From contig OZ024743.1 in assembly GCA_964016885.1 (NCBI GenBank), positions 12,214,001 through 12,278,000 on the forward strand: a DNA stretch of 64,000 bases. The letters run 5' to 3'. Both the position numbers and the translations under genes were made by a program. Positions 53,301 to 64,000 of the stretch are shown piece after piece (position 1 is the stretch's first letter; every line of letters starts with the position of its first letter). The stretch is from Eledone cirrhosa. Lineage: Eukaryota. Under the pieces are notes generated by a model that saw only the letters and a list, made by a program, of their open reading frames with translations, made no database searches and was not told the DNA's origin.

Positions 53301-56300
53301 GGCTGCAGTTTTGGTGATGGTGGTGGTTGTGTTGATGATGGTGATGATGGGGGGTGGCTGCAGTTTTGGTGGTGGTGATGGTTGTGCGGTGGTTGTGTTG
53401 ATGATGGTGATGATGGAGGGTGGCTGCAGTTTTGGTGATGGTGGTGGTTGTGTTGATGATAGTGATGATGGGGGGTGGCTGCAGTTTTGGTGGTGGTGAT
53501 GGTTGTGTTGATGATGGTGATGATGGGGGGTGGCTGCAGTTTTGATGATGGTGGTGGTTGTGTTGATGATGGGGGGTGGCTGCCGTTTTGGTGGTGGTGG
53601 TGGTGGTGGTTGTGGGTTGGTTGTGTTGATGATGGTGATGATGGAGGGTGGCTGCAGTTTTGGTGATGGTGGTGGTTGTGTTGATGATGGTGATGATGGG
53701 GGGTGGCTGCAGTTTTGGTGGTGGTGGTGGTTGTGTTGATGATGATGATGATGGGGGGTGGCTGCAGTTTTGGTGGTGGTGGTGGTTGTGTTGATGATGG
53801 TGATGATGGGGGGTGGCTGCAGTTTTGATGATGGTGGTGGTTGTGTTGATGATGGTGATGATGGGGGGTGGCTGCAGTTTTGGTGGTGGTGATGGTTGTG
53901 TTGATGATGGTGATGATGGGGGGTGGCTGCAGTTTTGGTGGTGGTGATGGTTGTGTTGATGATGGTGATGATGGGGGGTGGCTGCAGTTTTGGTGGTGGT
54001 GGTGGTTGTGTTGATGATGGTGATGATGGGGGGTGGCTGCAGTTTTGATGATGGTGGTGGTTGTGTTGATGATGGTGATGATGGGGGGTGGCTGCAGTTT
54101 TGATGATGGTGGTGGTTGTGTTGATGATGGTGATGATGGGGGGTGGCTGCAGTTTTGGTGATGGTGGTGGTTGTGTTGATGATGGTGATGATGGGGGGTG
54201 GCTGCAGTTTTGGTGGTGGTGATGGTTGTGGGGTGGTTGTGTTGATGATGGTGATGATGGAGGGTGGCTGCAGTTTTGGTGATGGTGGTGGTTGTGTTGA
54301 TGATGGTGATGATGGGGGGTGGCTGCAGTTTTGGTGGTGGTGATGGTTGTGTTGATGATGGTGATGATGGGGGGTGGCTGCAGTTTTGGTGGTGGTGGTG
54401 GTGGTTGTGTTGATGATAGTGATGATGGGGGGTGGCTGCAGTTTTGGTGGTGGTGATGGTTGTGTTGATGATGGTGATGATGGGGGGTGGCTGCAGTTTT
54501 GGTGGTGGTGATGGTTGTGGGGTGGTTGTGTTGATGATGGTGATGATGGAGGGTGGCTGCAGTTTTGGTGATGGTGGTGGTTGTGTTGATGATGGTGATA
54601 ATGGGAGGTGGCTGCAGTTTTGGTGGTGGTGATGGTTGTGGGGTGGTTGTGTTGATGATGGTGATGATGGAGGGTGGCTGCAGTTTTGGTGATGGTGGTG
54701 GTTGTGTTGATGATAGTGATGATGGGGGGGTGGCTGCAGTTTTGGTGATGGTGGTGGTTGTGTTGATGATGGTGATGATGGGGGGTGGCTGCAGTTTTGG
54801 TGGTGGTGATGGTTGTGCGGTGGTTGTGTTGATGATGGTGATGATGGAGGGTGGCTGCAGTTTTGGTGATGGTGGTGGTTGTGTTGATGATAGTGATGAT
54901 GGGGGGTGGCTGCAGTTTTGGTGGTGGTGATGGTTGTGTTGATGATGGTGATGATGGGGGGTGGCTGCAGTTTTGATGATGGTGGTGGTTGTGTTGATGA
55001 TGGGGGGTGGCTGCCGTTTTGGTGGTGGTGGTGGTGGTGGTTGTGGGTTGGTTGTGTTGATGATGGTGATGATGGAGGGTGGCTGCAGTTTTGGTGATGG
55101 TGGTGGTTGTGTTGATGATGGTGATGATGGGGGGTGGCTGCAGTTTTGGTGGTGGTGGTGGTGGTTGTGTTGATGATGATGATGATGGGGGGTGGCTGCA
55201 GTTTTGGTGGTGGTGGTGGTTGTGTTGATGATGGTGATGATGGGGGGTGGCTGCAGTTTTGATGATGGTGGTGGTTGTGTTGATGATGGTGATGATGGGG
55301 GGTGGCTGCAGTTTTGGTGGTGGTGATGGTTGTGTTGATGATGGTGATGATGGGGGGTGGCTGCAGTTTTGGTGGTGGTGATGGTTGTGTTGATGATGGT
55401 GATGATGGGGGGTGGCTGCAGTTTTGGTGGTGGTGGTGGTTGTGTTGATGATGGTGATGATGGGGGGTGGCTGCAGTTTTGATGATGGTGGTGGTTGTGT
55501 TGATGATGGTGATGATGGGGGGTGGCTGCAGTTTTGGTGATGGTGGTGGTTGTGTTGATGATGGTGATGATGGGGGGTGGCTGCCGTTTTGGTGGTGGTG
55601 ATGGTTGTGGGGTGGTTGTGTTGATGATGGTGATGATGGAGGGTGGCTGCAGTTTTGGTGATGGTGGTGGTTGTGTTGATGATGGTGATGATGGGGGGTG
55701 GCTGCAGTTTTGGTGGTGGTGATGGTTGTGTTGATGATGGTGATGATGGGGGGTGGCTGCAGTTTTGGTGGTGGTGATGGTTGTGTTGATGATGGTGATG
55801 ATGGGGGGTGGCTGCAGTTTTGGTGGTGGTGGTGGTTGTGTTGATGATGGTGATGATGGGGGGTGGCTGCAGTTTTGGTGGTGGTGATGGTTGTGTTGAT
55901 GATGGTGATGATGGGGGGTGGCTGCAGTTTTGGTGGTGGTGGTGGTGGTTGTGTTGATGATAGTGATGATGGGGGGTGGCTGCAGTTTTGGTGGTGGTGA
56001 TGGTTGTGTTGATGATGGTGATGATGGGGGGTGGCTGCAGTTTTGGTGGTGGTGATGGTTGTGGGGTGGTTGTGTTGATGATGGTGATGATGGAGGGTGG
56101 CTGCAGTTTTGGTGATGGTGGTGGTTGTGTTGATGATGGTGATGATGGGGGGTGGCTGCAGTTTTGGTGATGTTGGTGGTTGTGTTGATGATGGTGATAA
56201 TGGGGGGTGGCTGCAGTTTTGGTGGTGGTGATGGTTGTGGGGTGGTTGTGTTGAAGATGGTGATGATGGAGGGTGGCTGCAGTTTTGGTGATGGTGGTGG

Positions 56301-59300
56301 TTGTGTTGATGATGGTGATGATGGGGGGTGGCTGCAGTTTTGGTGGCGGTGATGGTTGTGGGGTGGTTGTGTTGATGATGGTGATGATGGAGGGTGGCTG
56401 CAGTTTTGGTGATGGTGGTGGTTGTGTTGATGATAGTGATGATGGGGGGTGGCTGCAGTTTTGGTGATGGTGGTGGTTGTGTTGATGATGGTGATGATGG
56501 GGGGTGGCTGCAGTTTTGGTGGTGGTGATGGTTGTGCGGTGGTTGTGTTGATGATGGTGATGATGGAGGGTGGCTGCAGTTTTGGTGATGGTGGTGGTTG
56601 TGTTGATGATAGTGATGATGGGGGGTGGCTGCAGTTTTGGTGGTGGTGATGGTTGTGTTGATGATGGTGATGATGGGGGGTGGCTGCAGTTTTGATGATG
56701 GTGGTGGTTGTGTTGATGATGGGGGGTGGCTGCCGTTTTGGTGGTGGTGGTGGTGGTGGTTGTGGGTTGGTTGTGTTGATGATGGTGATGATGGAGGGTG
56801 GCTGCAGTTTTGGTGATGGTGGTGGTTGTGTTGATGATGGTGATGATGGGGGGTGGCTGCAGTTTTGGTGGTGGTGGTGGTTGTGTTGATGATGATGATG
56901 ATGGGGGGTGGCTGCAGTTTTGGTGGTGGTGGTGGTTGTGTTGATGATGGTGATGATGGGGGGTGGCTGCAGTTTTGATGATGGTGGTGGTTGTGTTGAT
57001 GATGGTGATGATGGGGGGTGGCTGCAGTTTTGGTGGTGGTGATGGTTGTGTTGATGATGGTGATGATGGGGGGTGGCTGCAGTTTTGGTGGTGGTGATGG
57101 TTGTGTTGATGATGGTGATGATGGGGGGTGGCTGCAGTTTTGGTGGTGGTGGTGGTTGTGTTGATGATGGTGATGATGGGGGGTGGCTGCAGTTTTGATG
57201 ATGGTGGTGGTTGTGTTGATGATGGTGATGATGGGGGGTGGCTGCAGTTTTGATGATGGTGGTGGTTGTGTTGATGATGGTGATGATGGGGGGTGGCTGC
57301 AGTTTTGGTGATGGTGGTGGTTGTGTTGATGATGGTGATGATGGGGGGTGGCTGCAGTTTTGGTGGTGGTGATGGTTGTGGGGTGGTTGTGTTGATGATG
57401 GTGATGATGGAGGGTGGCTGCAGTTTTGGTGATGGTGGTGGTTGTGTTGATGATGGTGATGATGGGGGGTGGCTGCAGTTTTGGTGGTGGTGATGGTTGT
57501 GTTGATGATGGTGATGATGGGGGGTGGCTGCAGTTTTGGTGGTGGTGGTGGTGGTTGTGTTGATGATAGTGATGATGGGGGGTGGCTGCAGTTTTGGTGG
57601 TGGTGATGGTTGTGTTGATGATGGTGATGATGGGGGGTGGCTGCAGTTTTGGTGGTGGTGATGGTTGTGGGGTGGTTGTGTTGATGATGGTGATGATGGA
57701 GGGTGGCTGCAGTTTTGGTGATGGTGGTGGTTGTGTTGATGATGGTGATAATGGGGGGTGGCTGCAGTTTTGGTGGTGGTGATGGTTGTGGGGTGGTTGT
57801 GTTGATGATGGTGATGATGGAGGGTGGCTGCAGTTTTGGTGATGGTGGTGGTTGTGTTGATGATGGTGATGATGGGGGGTGGCTGCAGTTTTGGTGGTGG
57901 TGATGGTTGTGTTGATGATGGGGGTGGCTGCAGTTTTGTTGGTGGTGGTGGTGGTTGTGTTGATGATAGTGATGATGGGGGGTGGCTGCAGTTTTGGTGG
58001 TGGTGATGGTTGTGTTGATGATGGTGATGATGGGGGGTGGCTGCAGTTTTGGTGGTGGTGATGGTTGTGGGGTGGTTGTGTTGATGATGGTGATGATGGA
58101 GGGTGGCTGCAGTTTTGGTGATGGTGGTGGTTGTGTTGATGATGGTGATGATGGGTGGTGGCTGCAGTTTTGGTGGTGGTGGTGGTTGTGTTGATGATGG
58201 TGATGAGGGGGGGTGGCTGCAGTTTTGGTGATGGTGGTGGTTGTGTTGATGATGGTGATGATGGAGGGTGGCTGCAGTTTTGGTGGTGGTGGCGGTTGTG
58301 GGGTGGTTGTGTTGATGATGGTGATGATGGGGGTGGCTGCAGTTTTGGTGGTGGTGGTGGTTGTGGGGTGGTTGTGTTGATGATGGTGATGATGGGGGGT
58401 GGCTGCAGTTTTGGTGGTGGTGGTGGTTGTGAGGTGGTTGTGTTGATGATGGTGATGATGGGGGTGTCTGCAGTTTTGGTGATGGTGGTGGTTGTGTTGA
58501 TGATGGTGATGATGGGGGGTGGCTGCAATTTTGGTGGTGGTGGTGGTTGTGTTGATGATGGTGATGGTTGGGGGTGGCTGCAGTTTTGGTGGTGGAGGTG
58601 GTTGTGTTGATGATGGTGATGATGGGGGGTGGCTGCAGTTTTGGTGGTGGTGGTGGTTGTGTTGATGAAGGTGATGATGGGGGGTGGCTGCAGTTTTGGT
58701 GGTGGTGGTGGTGGTTGTGTTGATGATGGGGGTGGCTGCAGTTTTGGTGGTGGAGGTGGTGGTTGTGTTGATGATGGTGATGATGGGGGGTGGCTGCAGT
58801 TTTGGTGGTGGTGGTGGTTGTGTTGATGATGGGGGTGGCTGCAGTTTTGGTGGTGGTGATGGTTGTGGGGTGGTTGTGTTGATGATGGTGATGATGGGGG
58901 GTGGCTGCAGTTTTCGTGGTGGTGGTGGTTGTGTTGATGATGGTGATGATGGGGGGTGGCTGCAGTTTTGGTGGTGGTGGTGGTTGTGGGGTGGCTGTGT
59001 TGATGATGGTGATGATGGGGGTGGCTGCAGTTTTGGTGATGGTGGTGGTTGCGTTGATGATGGTGATGATGGGGGGTGGCTGCAGTTTTGGTGATGTTGG
59101 TGGTTGTGTTGATGATGGTGATGATGGGGGGTGGCTGCAGTTTTGGTGGTGGTGGTGGTTGTGGGGTGGTTGTGTTGATGATGGTGATGATGGGGGTGGC
59201 TGCAGTTTTGGTGGTGGTGGTGGTTGTGGGGTGGTTGTGTTGATGATGGTGATGATGGGGGGTGGCTGCAGTTTTGGTGGTGGTGGTGGTTGTGGGGTGG

Positions 59301-62170
59301 TTGTGTTGATGATGGTGATGATGGGGGGTGGCTGCAGTTTTGGTGATGGTGGTGGTTGTGTTGATGATGGTGATGATGGGGGGTGGCTGCAGTTTTGGTG
59401 GTGGTGGTGGTTGTGTTGATGATAGGGGTAGCTGCAGTTTTGGTGGTGGAGGTGGTTGTGTTGATGATGGGGTGGCTGCAGTTTTGGTGGTGGTGGTGGT
59501 TGTGTTGCTGAAGGTGATGTTGGGGGGTGGCTGCAGTTTTGGTGATGGTGGTGGTTGTGTTGATGATGGTGATGATGGAGGGTGGCTGCAGTTTTGGTGG
59601 TGGTGGTGGTTGTGGGGTGGTTGTGTTGATGATGGTGATGATGGGGGTGGCTGCAGTTTTGGTGTTGGTGGTGGTGGTTGTGTTGATGATGGTGATGATG
59701 GGGGGTGGCTGCAGTTTTGGTGATGGTGGTGGTTGTGTTGATGATGGTGATGATGGAGGGTGGCTGCAGTTTTGGTGGTGGTGGTGGTTGTGGGGTGGTT
59801 GTGTTGATGATGGTGATGATGGGGGGTGGCTGCAGTTTTGGTGGTGGTGGTGGTTGTGGGGTGGTTGTGTTGATGATGGTGATGATGGGGGGTGGCTGCA
59901 GTTTTGGTGGTGGTGGTGGTTGTGGGGTGGTTGTGTTGATGATGGTGATGATGGGGGGTGGCTGCAGTTTTGGTGATGGTGGTGGTTGTGTTGATGATGG
60001 TGATGATGGGGGGTGGCTGTAGTTTTGGTGGTGGTGGTGGTTGTGTTGATGAAGGTGATGATGGGGGGTGGCTGCAGTTTTGGTGATGGTGGTGGCTGTG
60101 TTGATGATGGTGATGATGGAGGGTGGCTGCAGTTTTGGTGGTGGTGGTGGTTGTGGGGTGGTTGTGTTGATGATGGTGATGATGGGGGTGGCTGCAGTTT
60201 TGGTGGTGGTGGTGGTTGTGGGGTGGTTGTGTTGATGATGGTGATGATGGGGGGTGGCTGCAGTTTTGGTGGTGGTGGTGGTTGTGAGGTGGTTGTGTTG
60301 ATGATGGTGATGATGGGGGTGGCTGCAGTTTTGGTGATGGTGGTGGTTGTGTTGATGATGGTGATGATGGGGGGTGGCTGCAATTTTGGTGGTGGTGGTG
60401 GTTGTGTTGATGATGGTGATGGTTGGGGGTGGCTGCAGTTTTGGTGGTGGAGGTGGTTGTGTTGATGATGGTGATGATGGGGGGTGGCTGCAGTTTTGGT
60501 GGTGGTGGTGGTTGTGTTGATGAAGGTGATGATGGGGGGTGGCTGCAGTTTTGGTGGTGGTGGTGGTTGTGTTGATTATGGGGGTGGCTGCAGTTTTGGT
60601 GGTGGAGGTGGTGGTTGTGTTGATGATGGTGATGATGGGGGGTGGCTGCAGTTTTGGTGGTGGTGATGGTTGTGGGGTGGTTGTGTTGATGATGGTGATG
60701 ATGGGGGGTGGCTGCAGTTTTGGTGGTGGTGGTGTTTGTGTTGATGATGGTGATTATGGGGGGTGGCTGCAGTTTTGGTGGTGGTGGTGGTTGTGGGGTG
60801 GCTGTGTTGATGATGGTGATGATGGGGGTGGCTGCAGTTTTGGTGATGGTGGTGGTTGTGTTGATGATGGTGATGATGGGGGGTGGCTGCAGTTTTGGTG
60901 GTGGTGGTGGTTGTGGGGTGGCTGTGTTGATGATGGTGATGATGGGGGGTGGCTGCAGTTTTGGTGATGGTGGTGGTTGTGTTGATGATGGTGATGATGG
61001 GGGTTGGCTGCAGTTTTGGTGATGGTGGTGGTTGTGTTGATGATGGTGATGATGGGGGTGGCTGCAGTTTTGGTGATGGTGGTGGTTGTGTTGTTGATGG
61101 GATGATGGGGGTGGCTGCAGTTTTGGTGGTGGTGGTGGTTGTGTTGATGATGGTGATGATGGGGTGGCTGCAGTTTTGGTGATGGTGGTGGTTGTGTTGA
61201 TGATGGTGATGATGGGGGTGGCTGCAGTTTTGGTGGTGGTGATGGTTGTGGGGTGGTTGTGTTGATGATGGTGATGATGGGGGGTGGCTGCAGTTTTGGT
61301 GGTGGTGATGGTTGTGGGGTGTTTGTGTTGATTATGGTGATGATGGAGGGTGGCTGCAATTTTGGTGGTGGTGATGGTTGTGGGGTGGTTGTGTTGATGA
61401 TGGTGATGATGGAGGGTAGCTGCAGTTTTGGTGGTGGTGATGGTTGTGGGGTGGTTGTGTTGATTATGGTGATGATGGAGGGTGGCTGCAGTTTTGGTGG
61501 TGGTGATGGTTGTGGGGTGGTTGTGTTGATTATGGTGATGATGGAGGGTAGCTGCAGTTTTGGTGGTGGTGATGGTTGTGGGGTGGTTGTGTTGATTATG
61601 GTGATGATGGAGGGTGGCTGCAGTTTTAGTGGTGGTGATGGTTGTGTTGATGATGGTGATGATGGGGGGTGGCTGCAGTTTTGGTGATGCTGGGGTGGTT
61701 GTGTTGATGATGGTGATGGTGGGGGGTGGCTGCAGTCTTGGTGGTGGTGATGGTTGTGGGCTGGTTGTGTTGATGATGGTGATGATGGAGGGTGGCTGCA
61801 GTTTTGTTGGTGGTGATGGTTGTGGGGTGGTTGTGTTGATGATGGTGATGATGGAGGGTGGCTGCAGTTTTGGTGGTGGTGATGGTTGTGTTGATGATGG
61901 TGATGATGGGGGGTGGCTGCAGTTTTGGTGATGGTGATGGTTGTGTTGATGATGGTGATGATGGGGGGTGGCTGCAGTTTTGATGATGGTGGTGTTTATG
62001 TTGATGATGGTGATGATGGGGGGTGGCTGCAGTTTTGGTGATGGTGGTGGTTGTGTTGATGATGGTGATGTTGGGGGTTGCTGCAGTTTTGCTGGTGGTG
62101 GTGGTTGTGTTGATGATGGTGATGATGGGGGTGGCTGCAGTTTTGGTGATGGTCGTGGTTGTTTTGCTGT
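41320..62170. repeat. ~20.8-kb minisatellite: 55-bp unit with 66-bp variant, higher-order repeats
   Basis: Unit GGGGGGTGGCTGCAGTTTTGGTGATGGTGGTGGTTGTGTTGATGATGGTGATGAT. The variant adds 11 bp (GGGTGGTTGTG). Most units have one CTGCAG. Confidence 0.98.
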
Positions 62171-62229
62171 TGCTGGTGATGATGATGGAGTTGGTGCTGA
62201 AGGTTTTGTTGACCCTATTGTTGCAGCCG

Positions 62230-62590
62230 CACTAAACTATTTCCAGACAATTTTTCGATTGGTGTACCATTCAGAAATCCGAACGTTTTGTGTTCAAATC
62301 CCACGTGATTTATTTTACCTTTCATCCTTCTGTAGTCGATAATGTAAAGTTAGAACCAACTATTGCAGCCGACGAACCACTTCCCACGAATGTGTGACCT
62401 TATTAGAAATTATTACTACTCAAGACGGATGAAGCAATAGCTGGAATGTTGGACAAACGTCATTGCTGTGTTTAGTTATGTCTATTTACGTTAAGAATTC
62501 AAATTCCGTCGGGGTCGATAAAATAAATTACCAGTAATGCAATGGGTAATTGCTGGCCTTGTGCCTAAAGTAGAAACAATTATTTTAGAG
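62230..62590 (+). mobile_element. Old and partial SINE copies (Meta-like)
   Basis: GTTCAAATCCCAC...CCTTTCATCCTTCTGTAGTCGATAA, and a 3' fragment at 62495-62585. Confidence 0.7.
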
Positions 62591-62598
62591 ACGATAAA

Positions 62599-62790
62599 GG
62601 GCGGTGGATTGGCAGTATCAGTAGAGGGTCGGATGCCATGCTTTGACGCATAGAGTTGCGCCCCTTTCCGCTCTGAGTTCAAATCCCGCCGAGGTTAACT
62701 TTGCCTTTCATCCTTACGGGGTCGATAACATAAAGTACCAATAATGCACTGAGTAATTGCTGGCCTTGTGCCCAAAGTAGAAACAATTAT
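62599..62790 (+). mobile_element. Full-length SINE (Meta-like) with ~15-bp TSD
   Basis: TTTAGAGACGATAAA occurs before (to 62598) and after (62791-62805). Confidence 0.9.
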
Positions 62791-62837
62791 TTTAGAGACG
62801 ATAAAATAAATACCAGTCTAGTACTGAGATACATTAA

Positions 62838-63019
62838 CCCATTTGATACCAATCCGGACGAAACCGGCTCTGGTTCTATGACATAAAGTCACTCATTTTA
62901 TATAAGAACTTTTCACTAAATTAGCAATGAAATAATTAACAATTTTAGTAATCCCTCAAAATCCTTCATTAATTAATTGAAACAGAGTGTATTTCATTAG
63001 AAATACGGTCGTGAAAGGG
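62838..63019. mobile_element. piggyBac-type MITE
   Basis: TTAA|CCCATTTG...GAAAGGG|TTAA: TTAA TSD and CCC/GGG termini; TIRs are imperfect. Confidence 0.7.
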
Positions 63020-63429
63020 TTAAATCAACTTGACTCTGTATTATTTTGTAGTCAGAAGTGTTTTGAATTATTGAATTATTCAATCTTTTGTTGTCTCACG
63101 GTTTTTAGTTCAAATCACTGATGTTAATTTTTTCCTGTCCCTTTATGGGCTTCTTAGAATAGGTACCGGCACTATACCAGGATTGATTCAATCTACTATA
63201 CACAGTCGTTAGTTTAGCCTTAGCTATTTAATAGAAAAGGAACAAATTACAATAGAATAAACGCTAAACAAATCGCCGGGGGTTTTAATATAATTTTGGA
63301 GAACCAGGCCATAATATGATGATGCTCCAACTGTTTGGTACTGCCTCATTTCACTTAGAGGTCGGGAATGAATATAAGATACTTAGGAATGCTATCTGTA
63401 AAATAATGGTATCCTATCTTAATAGAGAC

Positions 63430-64000
63430 TTATTACTCATCCACTACATTCCATGGAAAGTAAGCCAAACACTAGATCAAAGATACCGTAGTTGAATTGT
63501 ATGCACAATGACAGTGTCTAGATCGTTGCAACTGTTTAAAATGAAAGATAATGATATGGAGGTAATAGCACTAAGAAGAAACAAAGATTTGCAGTCAAAA
63601 TTGTATCAAACAATAGTTTAGAATACTATTGATTCTTGAGGTCAGGAAGTAGAAGCCACGAGATAATACATGCTTGGTGCAGAATTTGAATTTATCAATC
63701 AAGATCGACAGTCGAATGTCGTCAAAGAGGTCATTCCAATATCGTTGAGTACAATAAGAGACAGCCCAGTTGCCAAATTTGTTGTTGGAAACAACGTTAT
63801 GTTAAGAGATAATTTAATAATATTAAGATAAAGGTCGAAACAGCAATAGAAACCACGCTGCTGAGAGAGGAATTTTGGAATCCAATCGTCGAATTTTGTA
63901 TTATCATTTGCTCATTACTAAGTGCGTGTAGAATGGAAGTAAAGATGGAATAAAACAGGCGAGCAGCACCAGACAAAATGATTTATAATGATATCCACCG
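63430..64000 (+). pseudogene. Possible highly degraded hAT-like transposase remnant
   Basis: A broken frame reads KVETAIETTLLREEFWNPIVEFC, reminiscent of the hAT 'L.deeFW..i' segment. Weak evidence. Confidence 0.25.

Noticed and set aside
44939-60383. 4529-aa and 4854-aa ORFs as genuine genes
   Set aside because: They overlap in different frames, lie wholly inside a non-triplet tandem repeat lacking stop triplets on that strand, and have no unique N- or C-terminus or signal peptide. Not called as CDS; kept only as a hypothesis in findings.
41320-62170. CRISPR-like array
   Set aside because: No unique spacers, units are contiguous tandem copies, the context is eukaryotic and there are no cas genes.
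41194-62342. Many plus-strand Gly/Val/Met-rich short ORFs
   Set aside because: Repeat translations interrupted constantly by TGA.

Overview
This is eukaryotic, AT-rich, repeat-saturated non-genic or intronic DNA. The SINE families and dense TA/CA/CATA microsatellites resemble an octopus genome, but that is inference from pattern recognition, not a database result. I found no host protein-coding exon that I can support. The window contains: (1) a near full-length Tx1/L1-clade LINE on the minus strand (CCHC ORF1; APE-RT-Zn ORF2; frameshifted), a tandem internally deleted relative and two further fragments; (2) two closely related 5'-truncated R4/Dong-type RLE retrotransposons, each embedded precisely in (CATA)n microsatellite; (3) a Penelope-like RT remnant between 174-bp inverted repeats; (4) DD37D (maT) and mariner transposase remnants; (5) an old RTE LINE; (6) hAT, piggyBac and Tc1/mariner-type MITEs and Helitron-like non-autonomous elements; (7) about 20 tRNA-derived SINE copies, including a tandem array; (8) several minimal hammerhead-ribozyme-like motifs, one with a compensatory U3-A8 core; (9) several long hairpins; (10) a 1.85-kb TA array; (11) a 200-N gap; (12) a ~20.8-kb G/T-rich 55/66-bp minisatellite with higher-order structure, whose C/A-rich strand is nearly stop-free and yields 4.5-4.9-kaa ORFs that are probably artefacts. 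Boundaries were read by eye and are approximate unless TSDs are quoted.
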